A stretch of 64,000 nucleotides of DNA, taken from assembly GCA_965216445.1 (NCBI GenBank), contig OZ244166.1, forward strand, positions 1,284,013 through 1,348,012, written 5' to 3'. This DNA is from Acidimicrobiia bacterium. GTDB taxonomy: Bacteria; Actinomycetota; Acidimicrobiia; Spongiisociales; ZC4RG35. Positions 47,349 through 58,788 of the stretch are shown in pieces. The notes below the pieces were generated by a model. The model saw only the letters and a program-made list of their open reading frames with translations. It searched no databases and was not told where the DNA came from. Position 1 is the stretch's first letter; each line of letters begins with the position of its first letter. A program made the translations under genes and the position numbers.

Positions 47349-48663
47349 AGTCATCGACCTCCTGGTTGAGCTGATTCGCAACAAATGCGTCAACGACGGC
47401 TCACCCGAGAGTGGGCATGAGTATCGGTCGGTTGCGACTTTGGTGGACTACCTCGGTGTAGAGGGCGAAGTAGTGGAACCCGCGCCGGGAAGGCAGTCTC
47501 TGATCTACCGAGTCCCCGGTATCGATCCTGGCGCACCATCGCTGGCGCTTGCCCCTCACCTCGACGTAGTCCCGGTGGAGCGGGAAGGTTGGTCGGTCGA
47601 CCCTTTCGCAGCGATAGTCGACAACGGTTGGGTGTACGGACGTGGGGCAGTTGACATGCTGAACGTCACTTCATCGATGGCGGTCGCCGCCAAACCGTAT
47701 ATAACCGGCGAGAAGAGACCTCGCGGAGATCTGGTGTTCGTCGCCCTTGCCGACGAAGAATCTGGCGGTACGTACGGTGCCAAGCCACTCGTGGAAGACC
47801 GCTGGAACCTCGTTGAGTCCGACTATCTCTTGACCGAGGTCGCCTACCCACCGGTCGATTCGAAGGATGGTCGAGCCATTCCTGTCGCAATAGGGGAGAA
47901 GGGGCCGTTCTGGACCAACCTAAAGGCTTCAGGGACACCGAGTCACGGTTCGGCTCCGTATGGGGCGGATAATGCCCTGAGGACGATGGTGGCAGCCCTA
48001 CACGGCATCTTCGAGACAGATGGACCAGTTGCCATAACCCCGGAGTTTGTCGAATTCGTAAGTTCGCTCGAGATCGATCCCGAGCTCGCCGATCAATTGA
48101 CGGATCCGGATCGGGTGGACAGTGCGATTGACTCAATCGCGGTGTCTGACCCTCTTTTTGCGAGGTACTTGCACGCCGCCACCCATCTCACGGTTTCGCC
48201 GAACAAGGCGAGGGCAGGTACGAAGACAAATACGATCGCCGACAAAGCGAAGGCGGAAATCGACATCAGAGCCTTGCCGGGCACGGGTCGAACTGACATT
48301 GATGTCTATCTCCGCAAAGCGATGGGATCGGCCAGCGACTCGATCGACCTCGAGCCTGTCATGGACTCCGAGGCAAACGTTTCGCCCAGGCCAACCCCTC
48401 TTTGGGAAGCGATCGCAGACTCGGTGGAAGCAATCGACGGGCACCGTCGCTTGCTTCCGTCCTTAATGACGGTGACGACAGATGCGAGGTTTTGGAGGGC
48501 AAGAGGCACAGTGGCATATGGGGTCGGGTTGTTCGACGACCAAATGACCTTTTCGGAGATGCTGTCACTGTTCCACGGACACGACGAACGAGTTTCGGTT
48601 CGTTCGGTGGAGCGCACCGAACTCCTCTACCGGGAGATATTCGATCGGTTTCTGACTCCGTGA
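47341..48663 (+). CDS. M20-family metallopeptidase (ArgE/DapE/CPG2-like)
   Basis: LAPHLDVVPV, the ALADEESGG metal-ligand motif, and a dimerisation-domain insertion. The ATG at 47341 overlaps the NUDIX stop codon. Confidence 0.85.
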   Translation: MSEVIDLLVELIRNKCVNDGSPESGHEYRSVATLVDYLGVEGEVVEPAPGRQSLIYRVPGIDPGAPSLALAPHLDVVPVEREGWSVDPFAAIVDNGWVYGRGAVDMLNVTSSMAVAAKPYITGEKRPRGDLVFVALADEESGGTYGAKPLVEDRWNLVESDYLLTEVAYPPVDSKDGRAIPVAIGEKGPFWTNLKASGTPSHGSAPYGADNALRTMVAALHGIFETDGPVAITPEFVEFVSSLEIDPELADQLTDPDRVDSAIDSIAVSDPLFARYLHAATHLTVSPNKARAGTKTNTIADKAKAEIDIRALPGTGRTDIDVYLRKAMGSASDSIDLEPVMDSEANVSPRPTPLWEAIADSVEAIDGHRRLLPSLMTVTTDARFWRARGTVAYGVGLFDDQMTFSEMLSLFHGHDERVSVRSVERTELLYREIFDRFLTP

Positions 48664-49439
48664 CCGATACGCCAGCCGTTGTCTGTGACCTGGATGGGGT
48701 GGTCTACAGGGGTCGAGAGGCGATACCCGAATCTCGTTCTGCCCTTGAACGATTACGCGAGGCCGGGCGTCCCCTGCTCTTCGCTACGAACAACTCCAGC
48801 CGAACACCTTCCGAGGTAGCAGAGAAGATCCGCAGCGTTGTTGGATTCGAAGTTCGGGTTGACGAGATCGCCACCTCTGCCCAAGCTGCCGCCAATCTGG
48901 TACCGCCAGAAACGACCACATGCCTGGTCGTCGGGGGTAGAGGGATTGTCGAGGCTCTCGAAGAAAGAGGGCTGAAGGTCCAGGACAGTGCGGAGCAAGC
49001 AGAATGCGTGGTCGTCGGCCTCGATCGAAACATCACCTACGAAAAGATCGCTGCGGCCGCCACCGCTGTTCGGCGCGGTGCGTACTTTGTGGCGACGAAC
49101 CTCGATTCGACGTTTCCGACCCCATCGGGTCTGCACCCTGGGGCGGGTTCCCTCGTCGCCTCCATCGCCACCGCAAGTGGACGGAAACCGGTTGTCGCCG
49201 GAAAGCCAGAGATCGCGATGATCGAGCTGATTCGAGGGCGGGGGGTGGACGAGGCGTGGGTCATCGGAGACCGCATGGACACAGACATTGCTCTCGCGAG
49301 CAACGCTGAAACCTGGAAGTCCATCCTCGTGCTCACAGGTGTGACCTCACGTGACGAAGACCACTCGGCTGCAGACCACGTGGTCGAAGATCTCGACCAG
49401 GCGGTGGGTCTTCTGTTGTCAGGCTCAGATCGGCAATAA
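48660..49439 (+). CDS. HAD-IIA family hydrolase (NagD-like)
   Basis: VVCDLDGVVYRG (DxDG nucleophile motif), FATNNSSRT, and GDRMDTDI. GTGA overlap with the preceding gene. Confidence 0.85.
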   Translation: MTDTPAVVCDLDGVVYRGREAIPESRSALERLREAGRPLLFATNNSSRTPSEVAEKIRSVVGFEVRVDEIATSAQAAANLVPPETTTCLVVGGRGIVEALEERGLKVQDSAEQAECVVVGLDRNITYEKIAAAATAVRRGAYFVATNLDSTFPTPSGLHPGAGSLVASIATASGRKPVVAGKPEIAMIELIRGRGVDEAWVIGDRMDTDIALASNAETWKSILVLTGVTSRDEDHSAADHVVEDLDQAVGLLLSGSDRQ

Positions 49440-49446
49440 TCGAGTC

Positions 49447-49590
49447 ATGAACATCTCCGACGAGACATTGGCCGCGATTGAAGAGAAGCTCAGCCTCCTC
49501 TCCGAACTTGATCCAGCCGACCTTCCCGAGCCTGCAGCTGAGCTGGCCGAACTTCTCAGCGCAGTCCTCGATGAGGTAGAGGCCACCTAG
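49447..49590 (+). CDS. small acidic hypothetical protein
   Basis: 47 aa counted from the ATG at 49447. It occupies the position of a small conserved ORF between the HAD gene and nadK in other actinobacteria, as I recall it. The evidence is weak. Confidence 0.4.
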   Translation: MNISDETLAAIEEKLSLLSELDPADLPEPAAELAELLSAVLDEVEAT

Positions 49591-49642
49591 TGGCGCATCT
49601 TGGTCGGTACGACGGAATAGCGACCCGGCGAATGCGTTCTGC

Positions 49643-50419
49643 ATGAAAGTCCTCATCCGAGCTCGACCCGGGCGATCTGAGATCGACACATTCTCGAAGC
49701 AACTGCTGGCTGTGCTGGCGGCCGAAGATGTTGCCGTCACCTCTACTCGGGAAGACGATGTTGATGTAGTGCTTGCCGTTGGTGGAGACGGAACGATGTT
49801 GTCCGCCGTCAGCGATGGTCTTGCTCTCGACGCACCAGTGTTGGGGTTCAATCTTGGGACTATTGGGTTTCTCACATCCGCCGAACCGGAGAATGTCCGA
49901 CAGGTTGTACGACGACTGACCGCTGGGGACTACCGCATCGAGTCGCGGATGACGGTGGAAGCAGAAGTCGCCGGATTCTCCGTCACCGGCGTGAACGACG
50001 TGGTGATCGAGAAGGTCGACAGTCAGCGACTGGTCGAACTGGCGGTCCAGATACAAGCAGTGGACTTTGTCACTTATCGGGCTGACGGGTTGATTATTGC
50101 CACTCCCACCGGCTCGACCGCCTACTCCTTCTCCGCCGGCGGTCCGCTCGTATCACCGAGATTGGATGCCTTCGTCTTGACCCCGGTAGCTGCTCACTCT
50201 CTCTTTTCCAGATCTATGGTCCTTCCGCCGGATCAAGAAATCGTCGTAAAGGTCAAGCGTGATCGCTCGGTGAAGGTCAGCGTCGACAAGACAAGTCTCG
50301 GAGAGCTTGGTGAGGGACAAACGGTCACCGTCCGCCGCGGTAGCCGTTCGGTCGGATTCATCACGTTGGAGCCCAAGTCTTTCCCCGGGCTTGTCAGAGA
50401 AAAGTTCGACCTGCCCTGA
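49643..50419 (+). CDS. nadK: NAD kinase
   Basis: GGDGTML motif, NxGxxGFL, and TPTGSTAYSFSAGGP. Confidence 0.92.
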   Translation: MKVLIRARPGRSEIDTFSKQLLAVLAAEDVAVTSTREDDVDVVLAVGGDGTMLSAVSDGLALDAPVLGFNLGTIGFLTSAEPENVRQVVRRLTAGDYRIESRMTVEAEVAGFSVTGVNDVVIEKVDSQRLVELAVQIQAVDFVTYRADGLIIATPTGSTAYSFSAGGPLVSPRLDAFVLTPVAAHSLFSRSMVLPPDQEIVVKVKRDRSVKVSVDKTSLGELGEGQTVTVRRGSRSVGFITLEPKSFPGLVREKFDLP

Positions 50420-52011
50420 TGCTTGAGCACCTGCGTGCAAAGAACCTGGGACTGCTTCGGGACGCCGCGATAGAACCGGCAGCGGGACTTACGGTGATAT
50501 CGGGCGAAACCGGCGCTGGCAAGACCCTACTTCTGGGAGCGTTGCGCCTCCTGATGGGTGAGCCAACCGAGCCCAAACTGGTAGGACCGTTCGCGGAGAC
50601 ATCCCAGGCCGATGGTGTGTTCTCTACGCCGGAAGGTGAATTCGGAGTTAGCCGGGTAGTCCCGTCATCGGGCCGGAGTCGTTCGTATCTTGATGGAGTG
50701 GTTGTCTCGGCGGCGGCTCTCACGGAACGTCTGATCAGCCACATTGAGGTCGTCGGCCAACACGACCAAATGGCGCTCAAGGGCTCGAGGTATGCACGCG
50801 AGCTTCTTGACGAGAATCTCAGCAAGTCGGGTCGCTCCGTCAAAGAGAAATACCGGGACCTGTGGGACTCGCTGGCTGCCCTCCGAGCCGAAGCAGAAGA
50901 GTTGGGCGGAACGCAGTTGGAACTGACCAGGGAACTGGATCTTCTCGAATATCAGACAGCCGAGATCGAGCAAGCAGGGCTTGCTCCCGGAGACGACAAG
51001 ATGCTCGAAGAGCAACAAGGAAGGCTCCGGAATGCCAACGAGATACGAGAACATCTCCATGCAGCACTCGAGGCGTCATCAGTGATCGACGCGGCTTCAG
51101 GAGAAATGGTCTCGCGACTGCGGAAGGTCGCCGCCCTCGATACGAGCGTGCAGGTTCTGGCTGATTCGTCGGAGGAGATAGCGATAGGTGCCGGAGAACT
51201 CGGCCGGGACCTCCAAGCTGCGATCGACTCCCTGGTCGATGATCCTGGCCGATTGGCGGAAATCGAGCACCGGCTCAACGCCATTGGTGACCTCAAACGA
51301 AAATACGGGAAAACCGTTGAGGAGGTGCTCCAGTTTGGGGTCGAAGCCGAACGCAAGAAGGAACACGTTCGGCACCTGCTTGCCAGAGGGAAGATCATCG
51401 GATCCGAGGTCGCAAGGGCCGAGTCAAGTCTCGGGGGGCTCGGGAACCAGCTGAGTAAAGCGCGAAAAGCGGTTTCGCGACGTCTCGAGAAGCAGATCCA
51501 ATCTCATCTTGGAGAAATTGCGTTGGAGTCTGCGACAGTTTCGATCAAAGTGGCACAGGGCGAGCCGGGTCCCACGGGACAGGACACGGTTGAGATCCTG
51601 TTCGCCTCGCACAAGGGACTCAAACCGGGCCCGGTGTCAAACGTTGCCTCCGGCGGCGAACTCTCCCGTCTGATTCTCTCTCTCAGTCTGGCGACCAGTC
51701 GTGGCAACGAAACGACGCTTGTCTTCGATGAGGTCGATGCCGGCGTCGGAGGTGCTACTGCCTTGGCGATGGCGAAGAAGCTGGCGGACCTGGCGGGCGA
51801 CCGACAGGTTCTTTGTGTCACTCACCTTCCTCAAGTCGCCGCGTATGCCGACAAACATTATGTGGTCGATCGAGACGGAGACCAGGCAACCGTCAGGCTC
51901 GCCGACGGCGTCGAGCGGCTCGAGGAACTCTCCCGCATGATCGCCGGGCTGCCGGAGAGCGATCGCGGGCAGGAGGCAGCTAGGGAACTGCTCGAACTGG
52001 CAGGCAAGTGA
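50419..52011 (+). CDS. recN: DNA repair protein RecN
   Basis: Walker A GETGAGKT, a long coiled coil, and the C-terminal ASGGELSR and FDEVDAGVGG motifs. TGATG overlap with nadK. Confidence 0.95.
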   Translation: MLEHLRAKNLGLLRDAAIEPAAGLTVISGETGAGKTLLLGALRLLMGEPTEPKLVGPFAETSQADGVFSTPEGEFGVSRVVPSSGRSRSYLDGVVVSAAALTERLISHIEVVGQHDQMALKGSRYARELLDENLSKSGRSVKEKYRDLWDSLAALRAEAEELGGTQLELTRELDLLEYQTAEIEQAGLAPGDDKMLEEQQGRLRNANEIREHLHAALEASSVIDAASGEMVSRLRKVAALDTSVQVLADSSEEIAIGAGELGRDLQAAIDSLVDDPGRLAEIEHRLNAIGDLKRKYGKTVEEVLQFGVEAERKKEHVRHLLARGKIIGSEVARAESSLGGLGNQLSKARKAVSRRLEKQIQSHLGEIALESATVSIKVAQGEPGPTGQDTVEILFASHKGLKPGPVSNVASGGELSRLILSLSLATSRGNETTLVFDEVDAGVGGATALAMAKKLADLAGDRQVLCVTHLPQVAAYADKHYVVDRDGDQATVRLADGVERLEELSRMIAGLPESDRGQEAARELLELAGK

Positions 52012-52056
52012 CAAACGTGGCGTCTGCGCATAGTGATGCTACGCTGGCATCCCGTC

Positions 52057-53772
52057 ATGGACGGGTCACTTTTTTCTCACGAATCGGCGCAATCTGGGCC
52101 GAATTCCGAAGCCTCTCAGCAAGGTAACCACACGAAGTACATCTTTGTCACCGGAGGCGTTGTCTCGTCGTTAGGCAAGGGAATCGCCGCATCTTCTCTG
52201 GGACGGCTACTCAAGGCACGTGGCCTCCGTGTGGTGAATCAGAAACTAGATCCATACATAAATGTTGACCCCGGGACGATGAACCCATTTCAACATGGCG
52301 AAGTGTTTGTTACCGATGACGGGGGCGAAACCGACCTCGACCTCGGACATTATGAGCGATTCACGGGGGAGAACCTCCGCCGCACGTCGAATGTGACCTC
52401 AGGTTCGGTCTATCTGAGCGTCATTCAGAAGGAGCGCCGTGGGGACTACCTCGGCGACACCGTTCAGGTGATCCCACACATCACCAACGAGATCAAAGAC
52501 CGGATTCACCGGGTTGGGGATCAGGGCGACATCGATGTCGTGATAACCGAGGTGGGTGGGACAGTTGGTGACATCGAGAGCCTCCCTTTCCTCGAAGCGA
52601 TTCGGCAGTACGGCAACGATGTGGGGCGCGACAACGTCTTGTTCATCCACGTGACTCTGGTTCCGTACATTTCGACGTCCGAAGAGCTGAAGACAAAGCC
52701 AACCCAACACTCGGTTGCCGAGTTGCGCAGCAAGGGAATCCACCCTGACGTGATCATCGTGCGCTCGGATCGCGAGATCGACGAAAACGTTGTTAAGAAG
52801 ATCAGTCTCTTTTGTGACGTAGAAACCAACGCAGTGATCGCGGCACCCGACGCCCGAGATATCTACGAGGTTCCGTTGGTATTGAACGACGGAGGCTTGG
52901 ACACCGTTGTGTGCAATCGTCTTGGCCTGGTCACCGGACCGCCAAACCTGGATAACTGGAGGTCCATGGTCGAGCAGGCGATGGGGGCCACGGACGTCAT
53001 ACGGGTCGGCATTGTTGGAAAGTATGTCGATCTGCCGGACGCCTACCTATCTGTCGCTGAGGCTCTTCGTCATGGTGCAGCTTCCAATGGGTTACGGCTA
53101 GATGTGAAGTGGGTTCCATCAGACGAGCTGACAGGTCTGCTCGCGGAGTCATATCTGGAAGATCTCGACGCAATTGTCGTTCCAGGCGGCTTCGGGTATC
53201 GCGGGGTCGAGGGAAAGATCCAAGCCATTCGGTACGCACGGGAGAACCAGATTCCGTTCCTTGGGCTCTGCCTAGGTCTGCAATGTGCAGTAATCGAATT
53301 CGCTCGAGGGGTGTTGGGCCACACGGACGCCAACTCGACAGAATTCGACGCCACAACACCTCATCCGGTGATCGACCTGATGGAGAGTCAAGAGGACGTC
53401 GAGGACAAAGGCGGCACTATGCGTCTCGGTCTCTACGCCGCGAAACTTGCTGAGGGCTCGATCGTGCGCGACCTCTATGGGGAATCTCTCGTATACGAGC
53501 GTCACCGGCACCGTTGGGAAGTAAACAACCGATACCGGAAAGATCTCGAGGCGGCCGGACTCCGACTTTCGGGACTGTCTCCCGATGACAACCTTGTTGA
53601 ATACATCGAATTGGTCGGTCATCCGTTCTTCGTCGCAACGCAGGCTCACCCCGAGTTTCGTTCGCGTCCCGACAATCCGCACCCACTGTTCGCAGGGTTG
53701 GCTAGGGCGGCAGCGCAAGTGGCCGAAGGTAAACCCGAGCGCAGCGCTCCAATCGATCTCTCGATTGGATAG
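52057..53772 (+). CDS. pyrG: CTP synthase
   Basis: [16 protein letters not shown], and the glutaminase motif GLCLGLQ. The only in-frame starts are GTG 52033, ATG 52036 and ATG 52057, so the start is uncertain. Confidence 0.95.
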   Translation: MDGSLFSHESAQSGPNSEASQQGNHTKYIFVTGGVVSSLGKGIAASSLGRLLKARGLRVVNQKLDPYINVDPGTMNPFQHGEVFVTDDGGETDLDLGHYERFTGENLRRTSNVTSGSVYLSVIQKERRGDYLGDTVQVIPHITNEIKDRIHRVGDQGDIDVVITEVGGTVGDIESLPFLEAIRQYGNDVGRDNVLFIHVTLVPYISTSEELKTKPTQHSVAELRSKGIHPDVIIVRSDREIDENVVKKISLFCDVETNAVIAAPDARDIYEVPLVLNDGGLDTVVCNRLGLVTGPPNLDNWRSMVEQAMGATDVIRVGIVGKYVDLPDAYLSVAEALRHGAASNGLRLDVKWVPSDELTGLLAESYLEDLDAIVVPGGFGYRGVEGKIQAIRYARENQIPFLGLCLGLQCAVIEFARGVLGHTDANSTEFDATTPHPVIDLMESQEDVEDKGGTMRLGLYAAKLAEGSIVRDLYGESLVYERHRHRWEVNNRYRKDLEAAGLRLSGLSPDDNLVEYIELVGHPFFVATQAHPEFRSRPDNPHPLFAGLARAAAQVAEGKPERSAPIDLSIG

Positions 53773-53857
53773 GCTCCAGCCAGGCAATGCCGAGACTGTT
53801 CGTCAAGCCCGTCGATAAGCCCAGGTCAGAGTACGTCCCTGAGCGGGAGGATTAGTT

Positions 53858-54975
<1,118 letters not shown>

Positions 54976-54979
<4 letters not shown>

Positions 54980-55869
54980 GCGTCGCGGCGAGTCTCGCCT
55001 CTTCTCTCGATGAGTACCTGATCACGCTCCGGGTCGAGCGGGGACTAGCACGAAACACGATTGCGGCGTATCGGCGAGATCTCAATCAGTACCTGGATTT
55101 CGTCGGGGAAGCAGAGCCCGATCCAGGGGTTCTCGATCGGTTTGTGACTTCGCTGTCAGAATCTGGCCTGGTCAAGTCCACCATCTCACGGAAGATTGCT
55201 GCGGTCCGGGGATTCCACCGGTTCATGGTCGCTGAAGGCTTGCGAGATTCCGACCCGACATTGCTTCTGGAGGCTCCAAGAACGCGAGACTCCCTTCCAA
55301 AGGCGCTCAGCATCGACGAGGCGATTCGCCTGGTGCAGGCACCAAACCTCACAACCGCCAAAGGGAGGAGAGACTCCGCAGTTCTCGAGTTCCTTTACGC
55401 CACTGGAGCAAGGGTATCGGAGACCTGCGGGTGCGATTTGACCGATGTCGACCTGGTCGATCGCCTGGCGAAAGTGACCGGGAAGGGCTCCAGGCAGCGG
55501 ATTGTCCCGATAGGTGAGAAGGCGGTCGAGGCGATTCGGAGGTGGCTCGGCGACCGCCTCGATCTGGTGAGTCGCACCCAACAAGGAGACCCGCTATTCA
55601 CGAGTCTTCGTGGGAATCGGTTGAGTCGTCAAGCCGTGTTCGACATCGTCCGATACTCAGCTGAGAGTGTGGGAATAAGGCCGGAAAAGGTGTCGCCGCA
55701 TGTGCTGCGTCATTCTGCCGCAACTCACATGGTTGAGGGAGGTGCCGATCTGAGAACCGTTCAGGAAATTCTTGGCCACGCTACGATCAGCACAACCCAG
55801 GTCTATACAAGAGTAAGTTCGACACATCTCATGGAGATCTACGTCGAGGCACATCCGAGGAGTCGATGA
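54976..55869 (+). CDS. xerD: site-specific tyrosine recombinase XerD
   Basis: N-terminal SAM-like domain (LDEYLITLRVERGLARNTIAAYRRDL). Catalytic R..HxxR..Y residues lie in HVLRHSAATH..GH..TQVYTRV. The position downstream of pyrG is syntenic. GTGA overlap with ald. Confidence 0.88.
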
Positions 55870-56219
55870 GCACCGTTGACCTAGCCAAAGCCAAATCAGC
55901 CCTACTCAAAGAGAGGGCCCATCTCGTACACCAGCTCGAAGAGCTCGGTGCAGCTGAGTCCGGCGATCTACGGCCGGACCTCGACTTCGGCGATAGTTTC
56001 GCTGATGCCGGCTCAGTAACGGCTGAAAGAACCGAAGTTCTGGGACTGGTCGACTCGATCAAGGGCCAATTGGACGACGTTGACTCAGCCTTGGCTCATA
56101 TCGAAACCGGGGACTACGGGACCTGTGTCCGTTGCGGGAAAGACATTCCTCGGGCGCGCCTCGAAGCAAGGCCTGCATCTATTCTTTGCGTGGACTGCAA
56201 AACAGCGGCCGCAGGCTAG
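55866..56219 (+). CDS. TraR/DksA-family C4 zinc-finger protein
   Basis: A coiled-coil N-terminus is followed by CVRCGKDIPRARLEARPASILCVDC. Confidence 0.8.
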   Translation: MSTVDLAKAKSALLKERAHLVHQLEELGAAESGDLRPDLDFGDSFADAGSVTAERTEVLGLVDSIKGQLDDVDSALAHIETGDYGTCVRCGKDIPRARLEARPASILCVDCKTAAAG

Positions 56220-56222
56220 CCG

Positions 56223-56732
56223 GTGCCCGGCTCGCTGGGTCATCTGACCAGGCGCTTCTTCGACTACCTGGCGGCATCGCCACTAGACGACGCCGAAATC
56301 GAGACGGTGAGAACGTGGCTGGGTGACGCCGAGCAGAAGATCTTCTTCGAGCAGTCCTCCCGAGACCAGGCGCATGGCTTCTACGCAGCTCAAGTCGTCT
56401 ATGCCGATGGAGGCGGGGGACAATCCGCCGTCCGAGCGGCCCTGCTCCATGATGTTGGGAAGCGACATGCCTCTCTAGGCGTGATCGGCCGGGTTCTTGC
56501 TTCGTTGGTAATCAAACTCAATCTCCCGCTGACTCGCCGGATGCAGTTGTATCGGGACCACGGCCCGATAGGCGCCGAAGAGTTAAGACGGATCAATTGT
56601 GAAGAACTGGTGGTCGACTTTGCCCGGCATCACCATGCGTCGCGTCCGGATTCCATCGATCGCAAGGTGTGGGACCTGTTGCAAAAGGCCGACGAACCGT
56701 CAAATCCAGTAGTTGGCCTACAACGGAGATAA
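56223..56732 (+). CDS. HD-domain protein
   Basis: Contains AHG...LLHDVGK...HHH, the H..HD metal-binding pattern. 169 aa. Confidence 0.7.
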   Translation: MPGSLGHLTRRFFDYLAASPLDDAEIETVRTWLGDAEQKIFFEQSSRDQAHGFYAAQVVYADGGGGQSAVRAALLHDVGKRHASLGVIGRVLASLVIKLNLPLTRRMQLYRDHGPIGAEELRRINCEELVVDFARHHHASRPDSIDRKVWDLLQKADEPSNPVVGLQRR

Positions 56733-56744
56733 CCTACCCACCGA

Positions 56745-57506
56745 ATGACCTACCACGTCAAGACGTCGGTTTTTGAGGGACCGCTAGATCTGCTCCTACA
56801 GCTCATCAGCAAACACCAGCTGGAAATCTCAGCTGTTGGACTCGCTGACGTCGTTTCGGAGTACGTCCAGCTTGTTCACGAGATGCGCGACCTCGATCTC
56901 GAAGGAACGTCTGAGTTTCTGCTGATCGCGGCGACACTGATCCAACTCAAGGCACACTCCCTCTTGCCCCAAAAGTCAGCTTTCGACCTTGATGACGAAC
57001 TTCTCCTGCTCGAAGAACGAGACCGTCTGCTGTCGCGTCTGCTGGCATGTGTCACTTTCAAGGACGTTGCTGCGGTCCTCACACGGCGAATTCAGGAATC
57101 CAATCGGTTTGTCCCCCGTGTGTCCGGATTGGACCAACAGCTTCGAGTGCGTCCGGTATCCGTGGACCTACCTCTCGACGCAGTCGGTTTGGCGGGCGTT
57201 GCCAGCCGGGTGTTCACAAGGAGTCTCGAAGAGCCCGATTTGGATCACCTCGAGCTGGACCTGCCGTCGGTCGAGGCAGCGATCGATGAGCTGAGATCCC
57301 GAATATCTGACCTGGCAGTCGCTGACTTCGAAACTCTCGTTGACCACTGCGAACGCCCAGTAGAAGTGGCGGCGTACTTTCTCGCTCTCTTGGAGATGGC
57401 CCGTTGGGGCCTCATCGAAGTACATCAGGAGGATTGGCTGTCGGAGATCCTTGTGCGTCACATCAGCGATGCTCAGGTCGATCTCACCTCGGAGTGGGCC
57501 TCGTGA
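56745..57506 (+). CDS. scpA: segregation and condensation protein A
   Basis: FEGPLDLLLQLISKHQLEI at the N-terminus is the ScpA kleisin signature. Confidence 0.9.
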   Translation: MTYHVKTSVFEGPLDLLLQLISKHQLEISAVGLADVVSEYVQLVHEMRDLDLEGTSEFLLIAATLIQLKAHSLLPQKSAFDLDDELLLLEERDRLLSRLLACVTFKDVAAVLTRRIQESNRFVPRVSGLDQQLRVRPVSVDLPLDAVGLAGVASRVFTRSLEEPDLDHLELDLPSVEAAIDELRSRISDLAVADFETLVDHCERPVEVAAYFLALLEMARWGLIEVHQEDWLSEILVRHISDAQVDLTSEWAS

Positions 57507-58060
57507 CACCCAAGGCTGCGATAGAGGCAATCCTCTTCGTAACTGAAGCTCCGGTTCCATCGAATGAGCTGGCCGAAATTCTCGAGTTGCCGACGGCCGA
57601 GGTGGAAGCGTTGCTCGAGGAGATGCGCATCGACAATGAAAATCGTGAGTCGGGGTTGGTGGTGCGAGGCGTGGCTGGCGGATGGAGGCTCTACAGCCAT
57701 CCTGATGCCTACCCCTTCCTGGAGAGGTTTAGTTCGACGGCTACTGCTCGCCGACTGTCCCCGGCAGCAATAGAAACGCTCGCCGTCGTTGCCTATCGAC
57801 AGCCGGTCGCACGTAGTCAGATTTCCGAAATCAGGGGTGTTGATTCCGACTCCTCGATACGGACGCTGGAACGCCTTGGTCTCATCGAGGAAGCCGGACG
57901 TCTTGACCTCCCGGGGAATCCGGCGGTCTATGAAACAACTTCTCTGTTTCTGGAGAAGCTTGGGCTCGACAGCCTGGATGGACTCCCTCCGCTTGCGGAC
58001 CATGTCCCTCCTGCGCAGGCGCTCGATGGGCTCGAAGAATCTCTTCGGCTCGGCGGCTGA
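57503..58060 (+). CDS. scpB: segregation and condensation protein B
   Basis: AIEAILFVTEAPV, LSPAAIETLAVVAYRQPVARSQISEIRGV. The GTG at 57503 forms a GTGA overlap with scpA. Confidence 0.9.
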   Translation: MTPKAAIEAILFVTEAPVPSNELAEILELPTAEVEALLEEMRIDNENRESGLVVRGVAGGWRLYSHPDAYPFLERFSSTATARRLSPAAIETLAVVAYRQPVARSQISEIRGVDSDSSIRTLERLGLIEEAGRLDLPGNPAVYETTSLFLEKLGLDSLDGLPPLADHVPPAQALDGLEESLRLGG

Positions 58061-58065
58061 ATGAC

Positions 58066-58788
58066 ATGGCGGATCAGATCCGCGCCCAGAAGGCAATCGC
58101 ACACGCTGGACTGATGTCGAGGCGAGCTGCTGAAGAAGCAATTGCTGCCGGCCGGGTTGCCATCAACGGTCGCACTGCGATGTTGGGGGACAGAGTGGAT
58201 GTCGACTCCGATGTTGTCACCGTGGATGGCCTACCGATGCCGGTCAATCCCGACCTGGAAACACATCTCCTGTACAAGCCAGTTGGTGTGATCAGCACGT
58301 CATCCGATCCACAGGGAAGGAGAACCGTGGTCGATCTCGTCGGTAGCGAGACGCGACTGTATCCGATAGGCAGACTCGACGCGGACTCCGAAGGCTTGAT
58401 CCTGGTGTCCAACGACGGCAGCCTCGCTGAACGGGTCACCCATCCGCGATATGGCATCCGGAAGAAGTACCTTGCAGAGGTGGGTGGCAACTTTGGCCCG
58501 AAACATGCTCAACGACTGGCAAAAGGGGTTGAACTCGAAGATGGCCCGGCGCGGGCCTTGCGAGTGGTGGTCGTTGGGAAACACGGAAACAGAACCCACG
58601 TTGAGATTGTCATGGTCGAGGGGCGTAATCGTGAGATCCGGCGAATGTTGGACCAAATCGGATTTGAGACACTCCGCCTGGTGCGCACTGCGATTGGTCC
58701 CGTTGCGGATCCGAATCTCAGCCCCGGTAAGTCGCGGAGGCTGACGGCGAAGGAAGTCACGGAGCTGATGGCGGGGACACGGAAGTGA
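58066..58788 (+). CDS. rluB: rRNA pseudouridine synthase (RsuA/RluB family)
   Basis: An S4 domain is followed by the catalytic GRLDADSEGL motif. Confidence 0.9.
   Translation: MADQIRAQKAIAHAGLMSRRAAEEAIAAGRVAINGRTAMLGDRVDVDSDVVTVDGLPMPVNPDLETHLLYKPVGVISTSSDPQGRRTVVDLVGSETRLYPIGRLDADSEGLILVSNDGSLAERVTHPRYGIRKKYLAEVGGNFGPKHAQRLAKGVELEDGPARALRVVVVGKHGNRTHVEIVMVEGRNREIRRMLDQIGFETLRLVRTAIGPVADPNLSPGKSRRLTAKEVTELMAGTRK

Noticed and set aside
50404-50409. A search for LexA/SOS boxes (TCGAAC-N4-GTTCGA, or the GAAC-N4-GTTC core) upstream of uvrA, uvrB, uvrC and recN. A GTTCGA half-site sits just before recN.
   Set aside because: Only this isolated half-site was found, with no matching left half at the correct spacing. 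I saw no convincing full box upstream of any uvr gene. A manual scan is not exhaustive, so this is a lack of evidence rather than evidence of absence.
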